Shown piece after piece: positions 1-13,300 of a stretch of 64,000 bases of DNA. The position numbers and the translations under genes were made by a program. Under the pieces are notes generated by a model. The model was given only the letters and a program-made list of their open reading frames with translations, had not been told where the DNA came from and ran no database searches. Each line of letters opens with the position of its first letter. Within the stretch, counting starts at the first letter, position 1. Source of the DNA: Puccinia triticina. Taxonomy: Eukaryota. The stretch lies in the NCBI GenBank assembly GCA_026914245.1, contig CP110439.1, positions 496,001 to 560,000 of the forward strand, written 5' to 3'.

Positions 1-240
1 ACTGAAAACAGAAAGAAAAAGGAAAAGGAACACAAAATCTCAACATGTGCTGGTGGAGAGGAGCAGCATTGGAGCTGAAAACAAAGCTGCATCATGTCAC
101 TTGCCACCAAGTGACTTATTTTTTTTCCTGGTGTATATTTCCAACTACCACTTGGCATTTTCAATTCCAAACTCCAACTACCAAAATGTGCCCTGGTAAA
201 TTTTTGGTCCACACAACCCAGGTGCAAAGTTAAGGAGCGG

Positions 241-1230
241 TGTAAGACTCAAAAGTGGTAATGAAACCCTTTTGCTGAATGGTGAAGGGTATGATGGAGT
301 TGCAAGCTCTGCCCTTCTGTTATCAGTCAACAAGACCCACCAAGCTCAGCTTGGCAAGTTTTATTAAGTGATAGGTCTGGTCTGTTCCAGATGAAATCTG
401 TTTGACCGGCAACGTGTAAGTGTTTTAATTACTTTTTTATAAGGGTTGAATTGTTGTTAAAAGGGTTGATTTATTGTTATAAGGGTTTTAGGATTTGAGT
501 GTGGATGAGTGTTGGGTGACTTGTGAGTTCTGGGTCAGAAAACTGGGGAGCAGACCACTGGGGGTGGAGAGAGCTCCTTTTATAGACAAAAGTGGAGCCC
601 CAAAGGGGCTTGTGGGTTAGGTTTTCAGCTAATCTAGACAACAGGGTGAGGGATTTTAGCTGGTGGGAGTAGATACAAATGATGTCATAACCCCTCAGGG
701 GCGCATGAATGGTGTCAGAATATACAACAGAACATTCTAAACATGCCAGGGGTGCATACATGATTGCAGAATATACAAAAGAACATTCTAACGCATGCAT
801 GAGGTGACAGTAGACTGCATGAGCTGTCATCCAGGGGAAATTAGTGTATACACAAAGTCTGAGGCTGCAGAAACAGTGTAAATGATGTCATACTATGTAT
901 ATAAAGGAGTGTATGTAGTTAATATGTAATGAGTGTAGCCTGACAGGGAGATGTATGTTTGTATCCTGTGATGTGTATAAGTGTACTACTGTGAAACTTG
1001 GGTTGAGGCCGGTGACAGCTGGGTTACTGGGGCTGGCCGTGTGATAGGTGTCCATGAGGGGTAACTTCCACACTAGAGGGGGTCCAGGGGTACTTCCAGT
1101 GGTGACTAGGGGTGAAATTAGCCGTAGAATCCATTTCTGGGGTCCATTTGATGGTATCTTGAGGCCTAGTATGAGTAATTATGTGGCATAGAAAAAAGTT
1201 TTTATTTTTCCACTTTTCCGTCTACCACAG
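241..1230 (-). mobile_element. LTR-like dispersed repeat, copy 1 of a family also at ~43990-44893 and ~46195-47361
   Basis: 241-395 (TGTAAGACTCAAAAGTGG...) is the reverse complement of ~47205-47361, and 1040-1230 matches ~46200-46380 and ~44030-44200. The terminus reads TGTAAG/CTTACA. No TSD identified; inner boundary approximate. Confidence 0.6.
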
Positions 1231-1446
1231 CGGTCCTCCTGACGTACGTGCATTTGGTAGTTGGAAGTCAAAATAGAGGTAGTTGATTAGTCAAGACCCA
1301 TAAAAACTATGTAGGATTGGAGTCCAGGTGGAGGGCTTCACAATAAACCAAGGGTAGCTTTGTTTTTGGGTGAAGGAATGCTGAGATGACACGGGTGCAA
1401 AGATCTGCACCACCAAAAACATTGAATTGCCACCTCAGAATCCACA

Positions 1447-1914
1447 ACCTGAGTGTAACACATTGCCCTACCCCAAAGGATTTCTCCTGCACGCTTGGGA
1501 GACAGCCTTTGAGGGTGGGCTAGGCCAAAATATCAACATGCCCAAAAGGCCCCAAACAGCATTTTGGCAGGCATTTAGAGTTGATCAACTTTGAAAAAGA
1601 GGAACTACTTTCAATCGACTTGATATAACAACATAGGGGTTTTTCATATCCCCCCTAGGCCCCTAAGCCTAACCCAGGACCTAACCCTGAGTCTAACCTA
1701 AAGTTTGGACTCTGGAGAGGGTGATTAGAGGGGAAATGCATCATGAATGACAACTTTGTCTAAATCCAAACTTGAAGTAGCTCAAGGTTGGCAGGGCGGG
1801 TACAATTTTGGCATTTTTGGCATGTTGATATTTTGGTGTAGCCCACCCTCAAAGGCTGTCTCCCAAACGTGCGGGAGACATCCTTTGGGGTAGGGCAACG
1901 GGTTAGACTCAGGT
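1447..1914. mobile_element. MITE with ~120-bp imperfect TIRs (Mutator-like)
   Basis: ACCTGAGT..TTGCCCTACCCCAAAGGA..GGGAGACAGCCTTTGAGGGTGGGCTA is inverted at ~1800-1914. GAATCCACA is directly repeated on both flanks. Confidence 0.7.
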
Positions 1915-2941
1915 GGAATCCACACCAATTGGGGTGATTGGGCCCAAGCCTGAGACCCAGAGCTATGGGTGCCCGTAGCAAACTTTACACAACTTACAAT
2001 TCCCTCTCACCCAGTTTGGTAGAGAGGCACGGGCGGTGTGTGCAATTCCACTACCATTGGTAGAGGGACTTGCGTGCAATGTCAGCCTTTTGGCCTGACA
2101 GCAGAAAATCATTTTGGTGTAGAGCACCCTTTTTCCACACTACACCTTGCAAACTCAGAAAACCTTGATTTTTTTTTTTTCCAACAGGGATGATGGCCTG
2201 CATCATCCTGTCATAATGGTCTCTTCAAAATTTTAAATTTTGCATTATAAGTAGTTTATACCTTTTTTTGAAAGTTGCTGTTTTTGGCAAATCCTTCTTA
2301 ACCGTCAGAATTAAACCCCCTGATATGTAGTAAAAAACCTCAATAAAATATCTTGTGCCTTTTATTATTTTTTTCTGGCCAAACAGAATTAATAATTCAT
2401 TTGCCATAAAGTGGAATAAGGCATTGCACTGTAAAAAAGAGGAGTTTGACTTGATTTTTGTTTGTCACTCAATAATCAGCTTCACAAGGTATGAGAAAGC
2501 TACATATCACAAAAGATGCACATTGGGACAAAGATTCATTCCATCTGTTGGGATAGTCAATCAAGTGTGTTGCTTTCCTGCAATGATTTCTCAAGAGGTA
2601 ATTTGAGTGATTTTGCAATCTAATTCCCTCCTTTGGAGGTCGCTTTGGAGGGTCCCGACGGCGTCCCCCCTCCAATAGAGGGATTAGTTAAGTTAGGTGT
2701 TGCCCCCGCAACACCTCCAGAGAGGCTGCTAATTAAGCTCGCCCCCGTAGGGAATCGGGACTTTGTTAAGTTTGGGTTGAGGACGCTATGCTTATATCAA
2801 GTTCGCTTGACCCCGGGCGTCCCCGCTATGGATTGATCAATCGACTTTGCACTCGACAGCCGGCCACCTTGACCTCACCGCTAGCACAACACACTCCTGG
2901 TATCGATCGCAAGTTAACCCGTTTCCCTCAAAGTCCTCAAA

Positions 2942-3419
2942 ATGGTATGTAGAATCTTTTGAGAAATATATCCCCCGTGAAAGCCCATCTGACGTGCTTT
3001 TCTTTCTTATTTGCTCGCTTTGCTTTCTTTCAGTCTTTCTTCGGTGTCCGAGCTTGGCCCACTCCCGTGTTCAGGCCGATGAGTCACTTCATGATCGGTG
3101 GTGCCATTACTTTCTACCTGGTTAACAAGATGCAAAACGCCATGCTCAAATGTCAGTCCTCATACCCCCTGTCGATCATTTATTCTTTCGCACCAGCTGA
3201 GCTCTCTAACCCATCGTATTCACATACATTACGCTACGATGTACATACAGCTCCCGATTATGCCAAGGATCCACGGAACCCGCATGGTCAGTTATTCCTT
3301 CGATTCAGTTCATGAAAAGAATTACTTCGTCAGGATCTCTTTGTCTGACAAGGTTGACAAACACTCTGTTCTCTCCATCAACCTCATACCTATCAACCAC
3401 AGCCGCCCGAAAGTCCTAA
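2942..3419 (+). CDS. ATP18: Mitochondrial ATP synthase subunit j/i (4 exons: 2942-2944, 3034-3151, 3251-3286, 3403-3419)
   Basis: GT..AG splicing gives MSFFGVRAWPTPVFRPMSHFMIGGAITFYLVNKMQNAMLKSPDYAKDPRNPHAARKS. The PTPV-x-P and DPRNP motifs are typical of fungal subunit j. Confidence 0.9.
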
Positions 3420-4893
3420 ACTACGGTATATACTCGCATCGCTGTACGATGCGATCTTGTTTTCTCTGTATTCGAGTCTTGTTTCGATTCCCGCACATAT
3501 CAGCTGTTGGTGAATCCATAGATAAAGCGAGAACCAGAGATTCAGAATTTACCACTTCAAACATTGTTGGATTTCCCGCGCGGAATATCCGGTAGCGGTC
3601 GCGTGATATCGGGTAAATACCCGGAATATCTGGTCGGATTCTCGGATTGGGCTCCCCACTCTCATGCCCATCGGGCCCTGTCTCGCACACATCTCAGATC
3701 ATGGATGCAAAGCTGCCAACTCTCTTGCATCCATTGGGCCCTGTCTTGCCCGCATCTCAGATTGTGAAACTGCCATAAAACCCCTAGCTTAACTAAGCCT
3801 CTCAAACAGAGGGTCCGGGGGACCCCGCCCAGAGGGCTCTCCGTAGGAGAGGCTTATGCATAATGTCTGAAAGCTGGCAGACAAGGGAAGGATTTTCAAC
3901 CCTAAAAACACAAAAACAGAATTTAAAAATCAACAACACATGTACAGAGAAGTCTGAGTAGACAGTTCTCTCAGCAGTACTGATGTGCACCCTTGCCCAA
4001 GTTTTTGAGGCATAAACTCCAAAACTGATTGAAGGAACCTGTTTTGAAGGTCAAAGGAATCCTGAAGGATATTCCATTGCTCTGAAGATCCAATTTTGGA
4101 TATTCTGATAATATGCACAATTGAATATCCTATCTGCAACAATTGAGTGGCTACAGGTGTAGGATCTGCACATATCTGCAGGCTTGTGAATCCAATATCC
4201 ACAATGCATGATGGTTGTAATTCCTTGGTTTACATTTCTTTGTGTTTTTGTATTTTTAAAAGAATAGTACAAGGAAAACGGTTGGGATTGAGGAGATGAG
4301 ACCAGCCCCATTTGAAAGCTGAGGTTCTGAAGTATACTTTGGCTCTGGGACAGGTCCACAGGAGCTGAGGGGGAGGCTGGGCGATGCTAAGTATTTTTCC
4401 TCCAGCCATTCATGATTTCTTTCTCAGCCAAATTTTTGACTTTGTGCACAAGTCCCTCCCTGCGGGAGGGGCCGCTTCGCGGCCAGCCTCAGCAAGCCTC
4501 CCACAAGGGGGGACTTGTGTCAAGTTAGATAAAACCCCCAGTTGTACGTGTGACTTGCACCCAGACAACATGAAAATAAATGAAATAACAACAGGCCATG
4601 AACGGGTTAAGGGGCTTCTTTTTTTTTTTTTTAAGTGCAGATTTGATTTAACATTGTGCACAATGCATATTCAACTAGCTTACAAATTTAACTACGCAGC
4701 AGAACCACACAGCCTTACAATTGAAAATAGAGGGGAGAACTTTAATGGGCTTTCTGGGAGTTTGCTTTTGAGAGGTTTTTTTTTTTGCTATTTATTTATT
4801 TAGAGGAGAAGGAAGAAAAATGAGGAAAAAGATGTGTGAAAAAGGGAAGAACCCGTGGGGAGAAGTTGGGTCCAAAGAGCTGGAAGGGGGATC

Positions 4894-7083
4894 TCAAAGG
4901 GTATCCCCGAATTTGCTTTCCCTTTGGAATTGAGGGAGTCTGGCCAAGAGTTCAATGAAGGATTTTGTGGCCAGGAAGGCCAAGGGGTTGTGGAGGAGAG
5001 TTCTGGTCGTGACCGTGGTGATCCTCTTGTTGCAGAGGATTGTCCTGGCTACTGCCCTAGCCCCGGTGTGCCTGGAACAAGAGACAAGGTAGTGATCCAC
5101 TGTTTTGGGGACCCCACACTCCAAGCAAATTGGGTATGGAGCTTGACTGCACTTGAATTGGAAAGCATTCAAATGGACGTGCCCTGAGCAAAGTTGATGG
5201 AATGCCACCTGGACAAGAAAGGTCATTTGCGGGGACCCTTTCCATAGTTTCTCCTTCCGGAGCAAATTGGTCTTCTTGGCTGACACACTGCCCCTGATTG
5301 ACTCGTCAAGGAGGGAAGCTCATCTGGCCTCCGCCACTTTTCTGTTGGCCAGCTCTTTGCCCTTGATCCCAATGTGACCCGGGCACCATTGGACCATAAT
5401 CTGTGTTGAGATTGGGGTAGAGTCAGCTGTATCCTGGATTCGAGAAAGAATGTATTGGCCTGATTTTGGAGCCCTTGGGTTCCTCAACCTGTTAATGGCT
5501 GCTTGGCTGTCCGTCAAGATGATTATTTGGGCCCCGGTTACCGGGAGCTTTTCCATGCTGCCTATCTCCAGTTCAAGCCGGATGCCTACCAATTTGCACT
5601 CGAAGTTGGAGGCCGTGCCTGGCGGACCTAAGAATGCAAGTTCAGACAGACTTCCATCTATTGAGACCACCGCTGCTCCTAGCCCTTCCTCTGGGTGAGC
5701 AGAGCCGTCAGTGAAGATAACCAGGTCAGAAGCGGGGTTTATTGTTTCAAGGAACAATACCACTGATTATTTTGCCTCCTGCTTGCTGGCCCTGTCAACG
5801 ACAAGCTCCATATGTCTTTTGGGTCGCCATGGGGGCCTGCTAACGTTGACAAAATTCACCACCTTGAGCCTTTTCTCTGCGAGGCCAGCCATGAGTACCT
5901 CCCGGTTGAGGGAGGCGTGGACTGGGCTAGGGAAATTCCTGGCCGTCCACAACAGTTCAGTTTGAATCTGCTGCTCTATTGCCGTAGCCCTGTGAGTCAC
6001 CCTAGTCAGCTTAGTCAGGTAAAAGTTTGTAATCCGGTTTATAGCCGTTGTTTTGATGCATCTGAAGGGCGGATACTTGTTGAGGTATTTGACCGGTGTG
6101 GACTTCAGAGCCCCTAATGCAAAACGCCCCTCCAAGCGTTCTATGAGATCATGTTTGAAACTTTCTGCCTGTTCAGGAAGGTGAACCAGACCTGCGCCCC
6201 ATAGAGAACCCTGGGCACGAGAACGGCCGAGATCAAAAGCCCGCGCTCCTGCTCCCGTATTCCCCACGCCGAGCTGCCAATCCTAAGGAGCTGGCCTAGA
6301 GTTTTATCGGCTTTTTTCCTAACCTGTGTGTTTTGCTTCCCAAACGTCAGTTTCTCATCAAGGCAAAGGCCCAGACATTTGATGTCCTGCTGCAGGGCCA
6401 ATTCCTGGTTATTAAAGAGGAAAGGGGACTTAGCCGCTTTTGAATGTGTGAAGATCACAAATTGTGCCTTCCGGTTATCGAAGATAGCCCCATGGCTCCT
6501 GCCCCACAAGAGCAACTCCTCCCCTATCTGATTCAATTGCGCCTTGGCCTCTTCTACGGTCCTTCCCGCCAAGAGGTGAACAACATCATTGATGAAGCCT
6601 AAAGACACCTCATCCCTATCAAACTCAAATTGCTTTAGCAACAGATTGGAGTTGTAGATGATGTACAGGATGACTGATAAGGGTGAGCCCTGCGGGAGCC
6701 CCTTATCAACTTCAAACTCAGCTGATTCGTAAAGCACGAGGGGAAGTCTTGTGCGTCAACCTTCCAGGAAACGGCCTATGATCTTCCACAAATAGGTGGG
6801 GCATCCCTTCTGACGGAGGGAATGAACCAGGCGGTAGGGGTTGACCAACAGGTAGGCTGACTTCACATCTAAGAACAGAGCCGTGACTGTCTTGCCCTCC
6901 CTCCATTTCCGCTTTACCCACATAGTTAGTGCCAGCAGAGCGTCTTTGCACCCTTTACCTCGGCGTCCTCCTGAGTGTCCGTCGGGGATGATTTTCTGTG
7001 ATTCTGCCCAGAAAGTAAGTTGGTCAGCAATGGTTGACTCAAAGACTTTGCTGATTGTGTTGAGCAGGGCTATTGGCCCGTAC
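4894..7083 (-). pseudogene. LINE ORF2, 3' part: RT, RNase H, zinc finger (broken)
   Basis: GLPQGSPLS; GFINDV (mutated xxDD motif); IFTDGSA..LTDSQAA..QWCPGHIGI RNase H motifs; CLEC..TVDHYLVSC. Confidence 0.85.
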
Positions 7084-10000
7084 TAGAGATGTTGACTTTG
7101 CATCCGGGCACCCGCGCGTGTTTGGATACCCGCTGCTTTTTTTCCCAATTTCTCACATCCGCATCCGCATCCGCATCCGATGGCGGATACCCGCTGTTAT
7201 GGGCGGATACCCGCCCCTCAAAACTCACTAAGACACAAAAGTTATGTTTTCATTGCTATATGGCATCACTGTGATGACAATATCAATCCACTGTCACCAC
7301 AGGAGCCTTCATTCTTGACTTGATCTTGTTCTTGCGCTTTTCTAAGTACTCGTGAAGAGCAAGAGGTGGAATCTTGTCGTTCTTTGAGTAGAACAACAAG
7401 GCCATGCCTCGACCTACCAATTTTGGATGGAGGTTGTGTCTCCTGGCAGAGACATACTCCCGGCCAAAATTGAAGGTACGCTCCACATCGACTGTCGTCG
7501 CTATTAATCAACCAAGATCACATTCAGGAAACCATAAAATGATGAGATACTTGAGGAAAATCTCACCTACCTGGGCAAGACAAGACGTCGAGGGCCATTT
7601 GTAACAGCCCATGATGTGTATTTCCACTGCGTTTCTGCTCCGCCCACCAAGTGAGACCGTTAAGTGGTTCGCCGTCTTCCAAAAAGAGCCCACCGCTGAG
7701 CCATATATCCACGGGGTCCGACGAAGCTTCGGCTGATCTTGCTAATGCGGCCGCCCCAAGCCCTGCCAAAACGCCGGATGGCTGTAGGAAGATTAAGTCA
7801 GACAAGGACAAAGAATCTAGAGGAGAGCTTTGAGTTACCTTTGGGGATCCTTTTTTGGCTGGTTTTGGCGCTGCGGTAGGTTGTCTTGGCTTATACCAGG
7901 TATTATACATGTCCCGAGTGAGATTTATTGCCTCGTCGATCCAGGACTGAGGCCACTTAGCTAGCTTAAAGTATTCATCTTTAAAAGATGGATGCAGCAC
8001 TTCAAGTTTAGAAAAACAATTGAATTCATTAGAAACATTTATCATGAAATAGAAATGGGCTCGATGAAAAGACTCACCCATGGCTATCCTGTAAATTGGT
8101 GAGCAGTCAGTAAGAGAGTAATACTTGTTTGTGATTGCAAGGCCCAATCGGCAGGCGTTTCTTAAAGCAGGAGGGTAGTGTCCATCTGTATTTGCAATCA
8201 CCGTTGACAGATTTGCTGTTATTTGATCGATCATCACAACCACCTGAGCCACGCGAGCTGATCCTGTTTTCGATATTTCCAGTGTAATTTCGTAGAAAGG
8301 TTTGAGGAGCTGGACCAGGTTGGCTGCCAAGTCAAGGTCCTCTTGGGTCACATGAAGGTTGCGCGGCGTCCCGAACTGCTTATCGCGCTGCCATATGATG
8401 CTGGTATGAACAAGATGTCAGGTTTGATGACCCGCAGAGTGTTAACAATTCAATTGTACTTACAGGGCATCCTCACATCGGACGATGCTCTTAATTTGCA
8501 TGTAGGTGGAGTTCCAGCGTGTTGGGACGTCACGCTTGATGCTGTGCGGTTTTTCGACTTGGTTTTCTTTGCAAACCTCGACGAACTTCGCTTTGGAGTT
8601 TGGAGACTTCTTGAGCTTGTTTGCAATCCCTCGGAACTGTAGGGAACCGTTGGGTCATTGTTAACTAACAGAAGATAATGTAACGATCATGTGAGACTGA
8701 GTGAAACAAACTTGCCTTTGCAAGGGTTCGGCGACACATTTCCAAACTATAAGTATCTCCTGGTCCTTCCTCTTCGAGGTCTTCCAGATCAGCCAAAGTG
8801 AGCTCATCTTCGTCAGCGAGCTCACCATTGATTTTTGCAGGTTCATCGGCGGTATCAATTTCTGATGGTTGATTGCTTCGGATAGAATCCGCTTCATCAT
8901 CTGATTCACGTTGGTCAGGATCTTTGAAGCTGTAGATGCAATTATCACATATCAGCTAGTTTGAACACCAAAATACTGAGAGTGTCAGTTATCGGCATAC
9001 TTATCAATAAGATCACATGCTTCCTCTTCTTCATCCAAATCCTCAAACTCGGCAGCCCCTGAGGTCGTTTTTTTGACACGTGCAAACGGTCGAAGTATGG
9101 CCTTGACGATAAGATTTAGGATATGTGCAAAGCACCGTATCCACTGCGTCTCCCCTTGGAAACGCTTCCAATTGAGTTTAGCCAACTCACCAATCATTGT
9201 CTTGTTATTTGCTGCGTTGTCAGAGACGATACCAAAGATCTAAAGAGAGGAAGAGAGCAAAGAGCAGGGTTAGAGGGAAGTGAAATCAAGCCAGAATATG
9301 AAAAGACAATTCTCACCCGATTGGTCAAGCCAAACTTCTCAACAATATACTGGACCATTCGAGCCAAGTATTCACCGGTGTGCCGCTCTTTAAGCTGAAC
9401 AAAGTCGAGCGGGGATGCTTCTAATCCAACATTACCGGCACTATCTTCGGAAAGGCGGTATATCACCGTGCCAATGATGTCATAACCATTGGGAGTCTGC
9501 CATGCATCCACTCCTAAGTACAGCGCCCCCTCATGGTGCTGAATATCTCAAGCAATAGTCAATCAAAAAGGAAATCAAACAAAATGAAATATGGGCGCAC
9601 CTTCAATTCCATACATAACCTTTCCTGAACCGCTAAGTATAACATGTGGACGGCCTTGGCGACCGTATTTCGACTTGGTAGATACTTGAGGATTGTTGGA
9701 TGTAGAACGTTCTTGAGGCTTCTATCTTCCAAGGCCGAGAACGGCTTGGCACCCTCGGCGCACCAGATGGCACATCTTTGTGTAACCTAAAGAGAGTGAG
9801 AGTCAACAGACAATTCAGTTGAATGAAAATATGATCTTCTACTAATCAAAAAACACCCACCTCCCGTGGGTCAATGTCTCCCGTGCCGGATATGCCAACC
9901 GATGCCAGTGTCTTGTTACTTGAAGGTATTTGCTGCTTCCTCAGACATTGGCCTGCATGCGTGAGGAGATTGCTGCACGATGATTCGTATGTTGGTCGAT

Positions 10001-10966
10001 TGATAGTCTCACAACATCTGAAAGGTGCAAGTATTTGATTAGTTTTCATCCATTGATAGAAATAGCATGTCGTGGCTACGGGCGTTGGAGGCGACTGGTT
10101 TGAGCTCAGTTGACAGAGATGGGGTGGTTGAAGGCGGCCAAGAACCACACGAGCCCCTTTAGTGCCCTGATGGTCGTCAGCCTTAAGCCGTGCGAGCGAT
10201 CAGGGTACATACTGGGGGACAAGGGGCGCTCGGAGATTGATGATGGGTTTGCGGTCGGTGATGGTTGGTCTTGCGAAATAGCAGAAAATAAACTCACGTC
10301 TTACACTTCCATGCGATCATGCGGCGTTTGAATTTATCGAGCTGATCGGAAAGTGTCGGTGTCTCATAGGAAGCATAAGCTGAACTGACTTGGTTGCATG
10401 CAAGCCTCTGTGCATGATCTACATGCAAAAGGGTTAGCTGGAGGAGCGATGAATGACTAGAATATTCTTGAAGTACTTACAAAGGTGCTGCTCGTCGGTT
10501 GAATCGGTTGCCATAGGGGTGGATGATTCTCCATTGTCACGTTCATCTTGTGACTCCACGGTGGTTCGATTGGCCTTGTGTTCTGGTGATGGTGATGGTG
10601 GAATGATCGATCGGGGGCGCTTGTGTCGGTTCATGATGTGGTGGTAGGATGATATGGTCCGGATCGGAGGATATAGTTGGGGTGGGAGGACATATAGGGG
10701 AGCAGGGGTTGGGGAACGGGGCCAAGGGGCGGGCGGGGTGCGGGGTGCGGGGCCAAGAGTACAGAGGCTGGGTCAAAGATTGTGTGTTGTGCAGCTGCGG
10801 CGCAAAGACCCTGGGATGAGCGGATAACCAACGGAATACCCGGGTATCCTCTGGTTTTTACCAGCAAACCAGACATCCGCATCCCCTGGCGGGTATCCGC
10901 CAGCCTTGGCGGATACCCGCCAGAGGATAGCGGATACCCGCAACGGGTTCGAAGTCAACATCTCTA
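7084..10966 (-). mobile_element. hAT DNA transposon, full length (3883 bp)
   Basis: Perfect 15-bp TIR TAGAGATGTTGACTT. Perfect 8-bp TSD GCCCGTAC (7076-7083, 10967-10974). Subterminal GGATACCCG/ATCCGC repeats at both ends. Confidence 0.95.
7283..10634 (-). CDS. hAT transposase, multi-exon
   Basis: BED-like Cys/His region, LGVDAW, SDNAANN, CFAHILNL, TRWNST, and C-terminal dimerisation motif WW..ALDVLSCPATTVDVER, joined across plausible introns. Confidence 0.9.
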
Positions 10967-12630
10967 GCCCGTACGTCCCTGGGTTGGTGTAATCCGGTTT
11001 TGCAAACTTCCTGATAATGACTGTGGTGGCAATGCGCCAGGCAGCAAGAAACCAGTCCTTGCGTATGCATCTGATGAAAAGGGTAGCAAGAGTGTCAGCC
11101 AGCTCTGCTGCACATATGGAAAGGATTTCATTGGGAATGTGATGAACAATCAGGCCCTGATGCCTTCTTCTTTGCCAGTCTACTTAGCACTTTAGTTACC
11201 TCCTCGCAGGTGACAAAGGGGTATACCACAAAAGAAGAGGCATCCACCGGGGGGACATCTGAAAATTCGCAGCCACTCAATACCACTGATGTGCCTGCAA
11301 AAAGGAGCTCAGCCCGCTCCTTCTTGTTCAAGGTGAAGGTGCTATCCCGCCGTCTCAGCGGAAGGATGTCCCCGTTGCTTCTGGGTTTGGTGAACTGGAG
11401 GGCCTGAAAAACTTTTGTTGTGTTGGTTGAAGCTAGGAAATCCTGCCAGTGTTGCTGCTTGAGTCGGTGAACTTCCTCCCAAAACCTGCAATTCCAGTAG
11501 CTATATTGGTCAGCGTTAGTCGGCGAGGGGGACATCACTAGGAGACGTTGACACTTGTTCCTTGCTTTCACGAGGGGACCCAAGATATCCTTGTCCCACC
11601 AATTCTTGAATTTTCCTGGATTAACGTGGATCTTCTTTCCCTGGCCCTGCCAAGCACCAAAAATTCATGAAGTGAGTGGTTCTTCCACTGAGTCCACATC
11701 CAGCTGTGATGATTCAAGACTTAGCTGGTTGAGCTTGCATTCCAGCACCCTCCTCAGTTTGTCTTGGTCCAACTCCGCTGGCCAAGGGGCCACCGTGTGG
11801 TATACCGGCTTTGGGGGGGAAAGCCTGAGAGTTGTAACAAGTTTTTGGTGGTCAGAGTCGTGGTTATCTAAACAAGTATTTGTCCTGTGGATCAGCTGGG
11901 AAGCAAGGAGGTTTGCCCAAGTCAGGTCAATTGTTGTCCTGGCGCCCCGGCTGAAAAAAAAAGTGGGAGAATCCCTTTGAGAGACCAATCTGAACCCGCG
12001 CCTTCCACACAATGAGACAAGGGACTTGGAGTCCTTGTGGACATGGAAGTAGCCCGGCGTGTTCCAGGAACAGTGATGCAGATTTGAGTCCATCCCAATG
12101 AGTGTTGCCACCTTGCTATTGTTGACCGTATCCAGCCACCCTTGTACCTGATCCAGACCTGTCGTGGTACTTGGTGGGTTGTAAACATTTAGGGCCCATA
12201 GATGGGCCCCGGTCAGTAGCGTCAAATCCAAACCAATAAAAAACTTACCGCTGCCTCCCAGAACTTTAATATTCTGGGATGCGAGTGATTTGCAGACGTA
12301 GGAGACCACCCAGTGCTTGTCCTTGAGGTCCTTTGGCTGGTGCTCGGGGCTGTAGAAAGTCCACCATGCCTCATGGTCAGGGGGAAGACATGTCAGCGGG
12401 TTTATCCAAGGCTCCTGAATGAGAAGGGAAATTACTGAGTCCGGCTCAGTGTTAAGGATACTATACGTGGTTGCTTGGCTATTGTGAGAGTTCAACTGCA
12501 CAATAAAGGAGGGAACAAAGTCTTCATTGCTACAAAGGGAAGAATGGTTATCTACAACAGAATTACCAGGAACATTAGGGGTTAGTGTAGGGCCTAAATT
12601 ATTCATGACGTAAGTTATTTTTAGAGACAA
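10967..12630 (-). pseudogene. LINE ORF2, 5' part: APE endonuclease and RT N-terminus
   Basis: LIQEPW, NVYNPP, GMDSNLHH, TIDLTW and SDH endonuclease motifs; KKASGPD precedes the RT. Confidence 0.85.
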
Positions 12631-13150
12631 GCCATGCCCGTTTCACCTCACACACCTTATCAAAAGGCGTGTGGGTTTCCCAAATTTCCTTGCCCTTTCC
12701 CGTGTCCCTACAAATGACACATTGCTTCCCCGTTTGGTAAGCCATGTCCGGACAATCCCTTGTCTTGTGCTTCCTGCCGCATTTGCCGCACTTGGGATCC
12801 ACTTGGCACCATTTTACAAAATGGCCCATCTGCAGGCACTTGAAGCACTGCGGCGGGAGCTTCTTGAAGCGTTCAACCCAGTGGAAACAACCATTCAAAA
12901 ACATGCCCCGCTGCTTGACCAAGAGATCAGCTATCACGGGTTCCGTAAGAGCTATGACAACCGTACCAGCCTGACGGGGGTCCATGGGATCCCTGAATCC
13001 TCCCAACCAGTGCATCTTGAAAATTTTGTTTGAGAGGAAGTTGTTGTCCGAAACAATGACAATTTTGCTGGCAGCCGCATCAACATTGAATGCCCAGGGG
13101 ATTCCATGAGCTAGGACGGAGTAGGTGCTTGGTGACGCCTCCAAGTCGTG
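12599..13150 (-). pseudogene. LINE ORF1 (gag-like) C-terminal fragment
   Basis: CCHC knuckles QCFKCLQMGHFVKWC and CGKCGRKHKTRDC. Confidence 0.8.
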
Positions 13151-13300
13151 CTTTGGCACACTCCTATTACGGAGTATGCTTTGGCACACTCCTATAACAG
13201 AGTGTGCTTTGGCACACTCCTATAACGGTGTGTGCTTTGGCACACTCCTATAATGGAGTGTGCTTTGGCACACTCCCATCTATTGCGGAGTGTGCTTTGG
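13148..13300. repeat. Tandem array of ~5.5 x 28-bp hairpin units
   Basis: Consensus GGAGTGTGC-TTTG-GCACACTCC-TATAAC with a 9-bp stem. Confidence 0.9.

Larger units (their letters stand above)
4775..13150 (-). mobile_element. Degenerate LINE (Tad1-like, with RNase H), 5'-truncated and interrupted by a hAT insertion
   Basis: Minus-strand order: ORF1 zinc knuckles, APE endonuclease, RT, RNase H, C-terminal Cys/His motif, then a (TAAA)n/poly-A tail at ~4775-4802. Many stops and frameshifts. Confidence 0.9.

Noticed and set aside
1660..1702. Telomere-like CCTAA motifs
   Set aside because: Few, degenerate and internal to a MITE.
2761..2782. Shared promoter motif CTTTGTTAAG..GG.TTGA upstream of ATP18 and the importin gene
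   Set aside because: Related sequence also occurs downstream of ATP18 in inverted orientation; more likely TE terminal remnants.
13148..13300. CRISPR-like palindromic repeats (also the 36-bp arrays)
   Set aside because: Units are head-to-tail with no unique spacers, there are no cas genes, and the context is eukaryotic.
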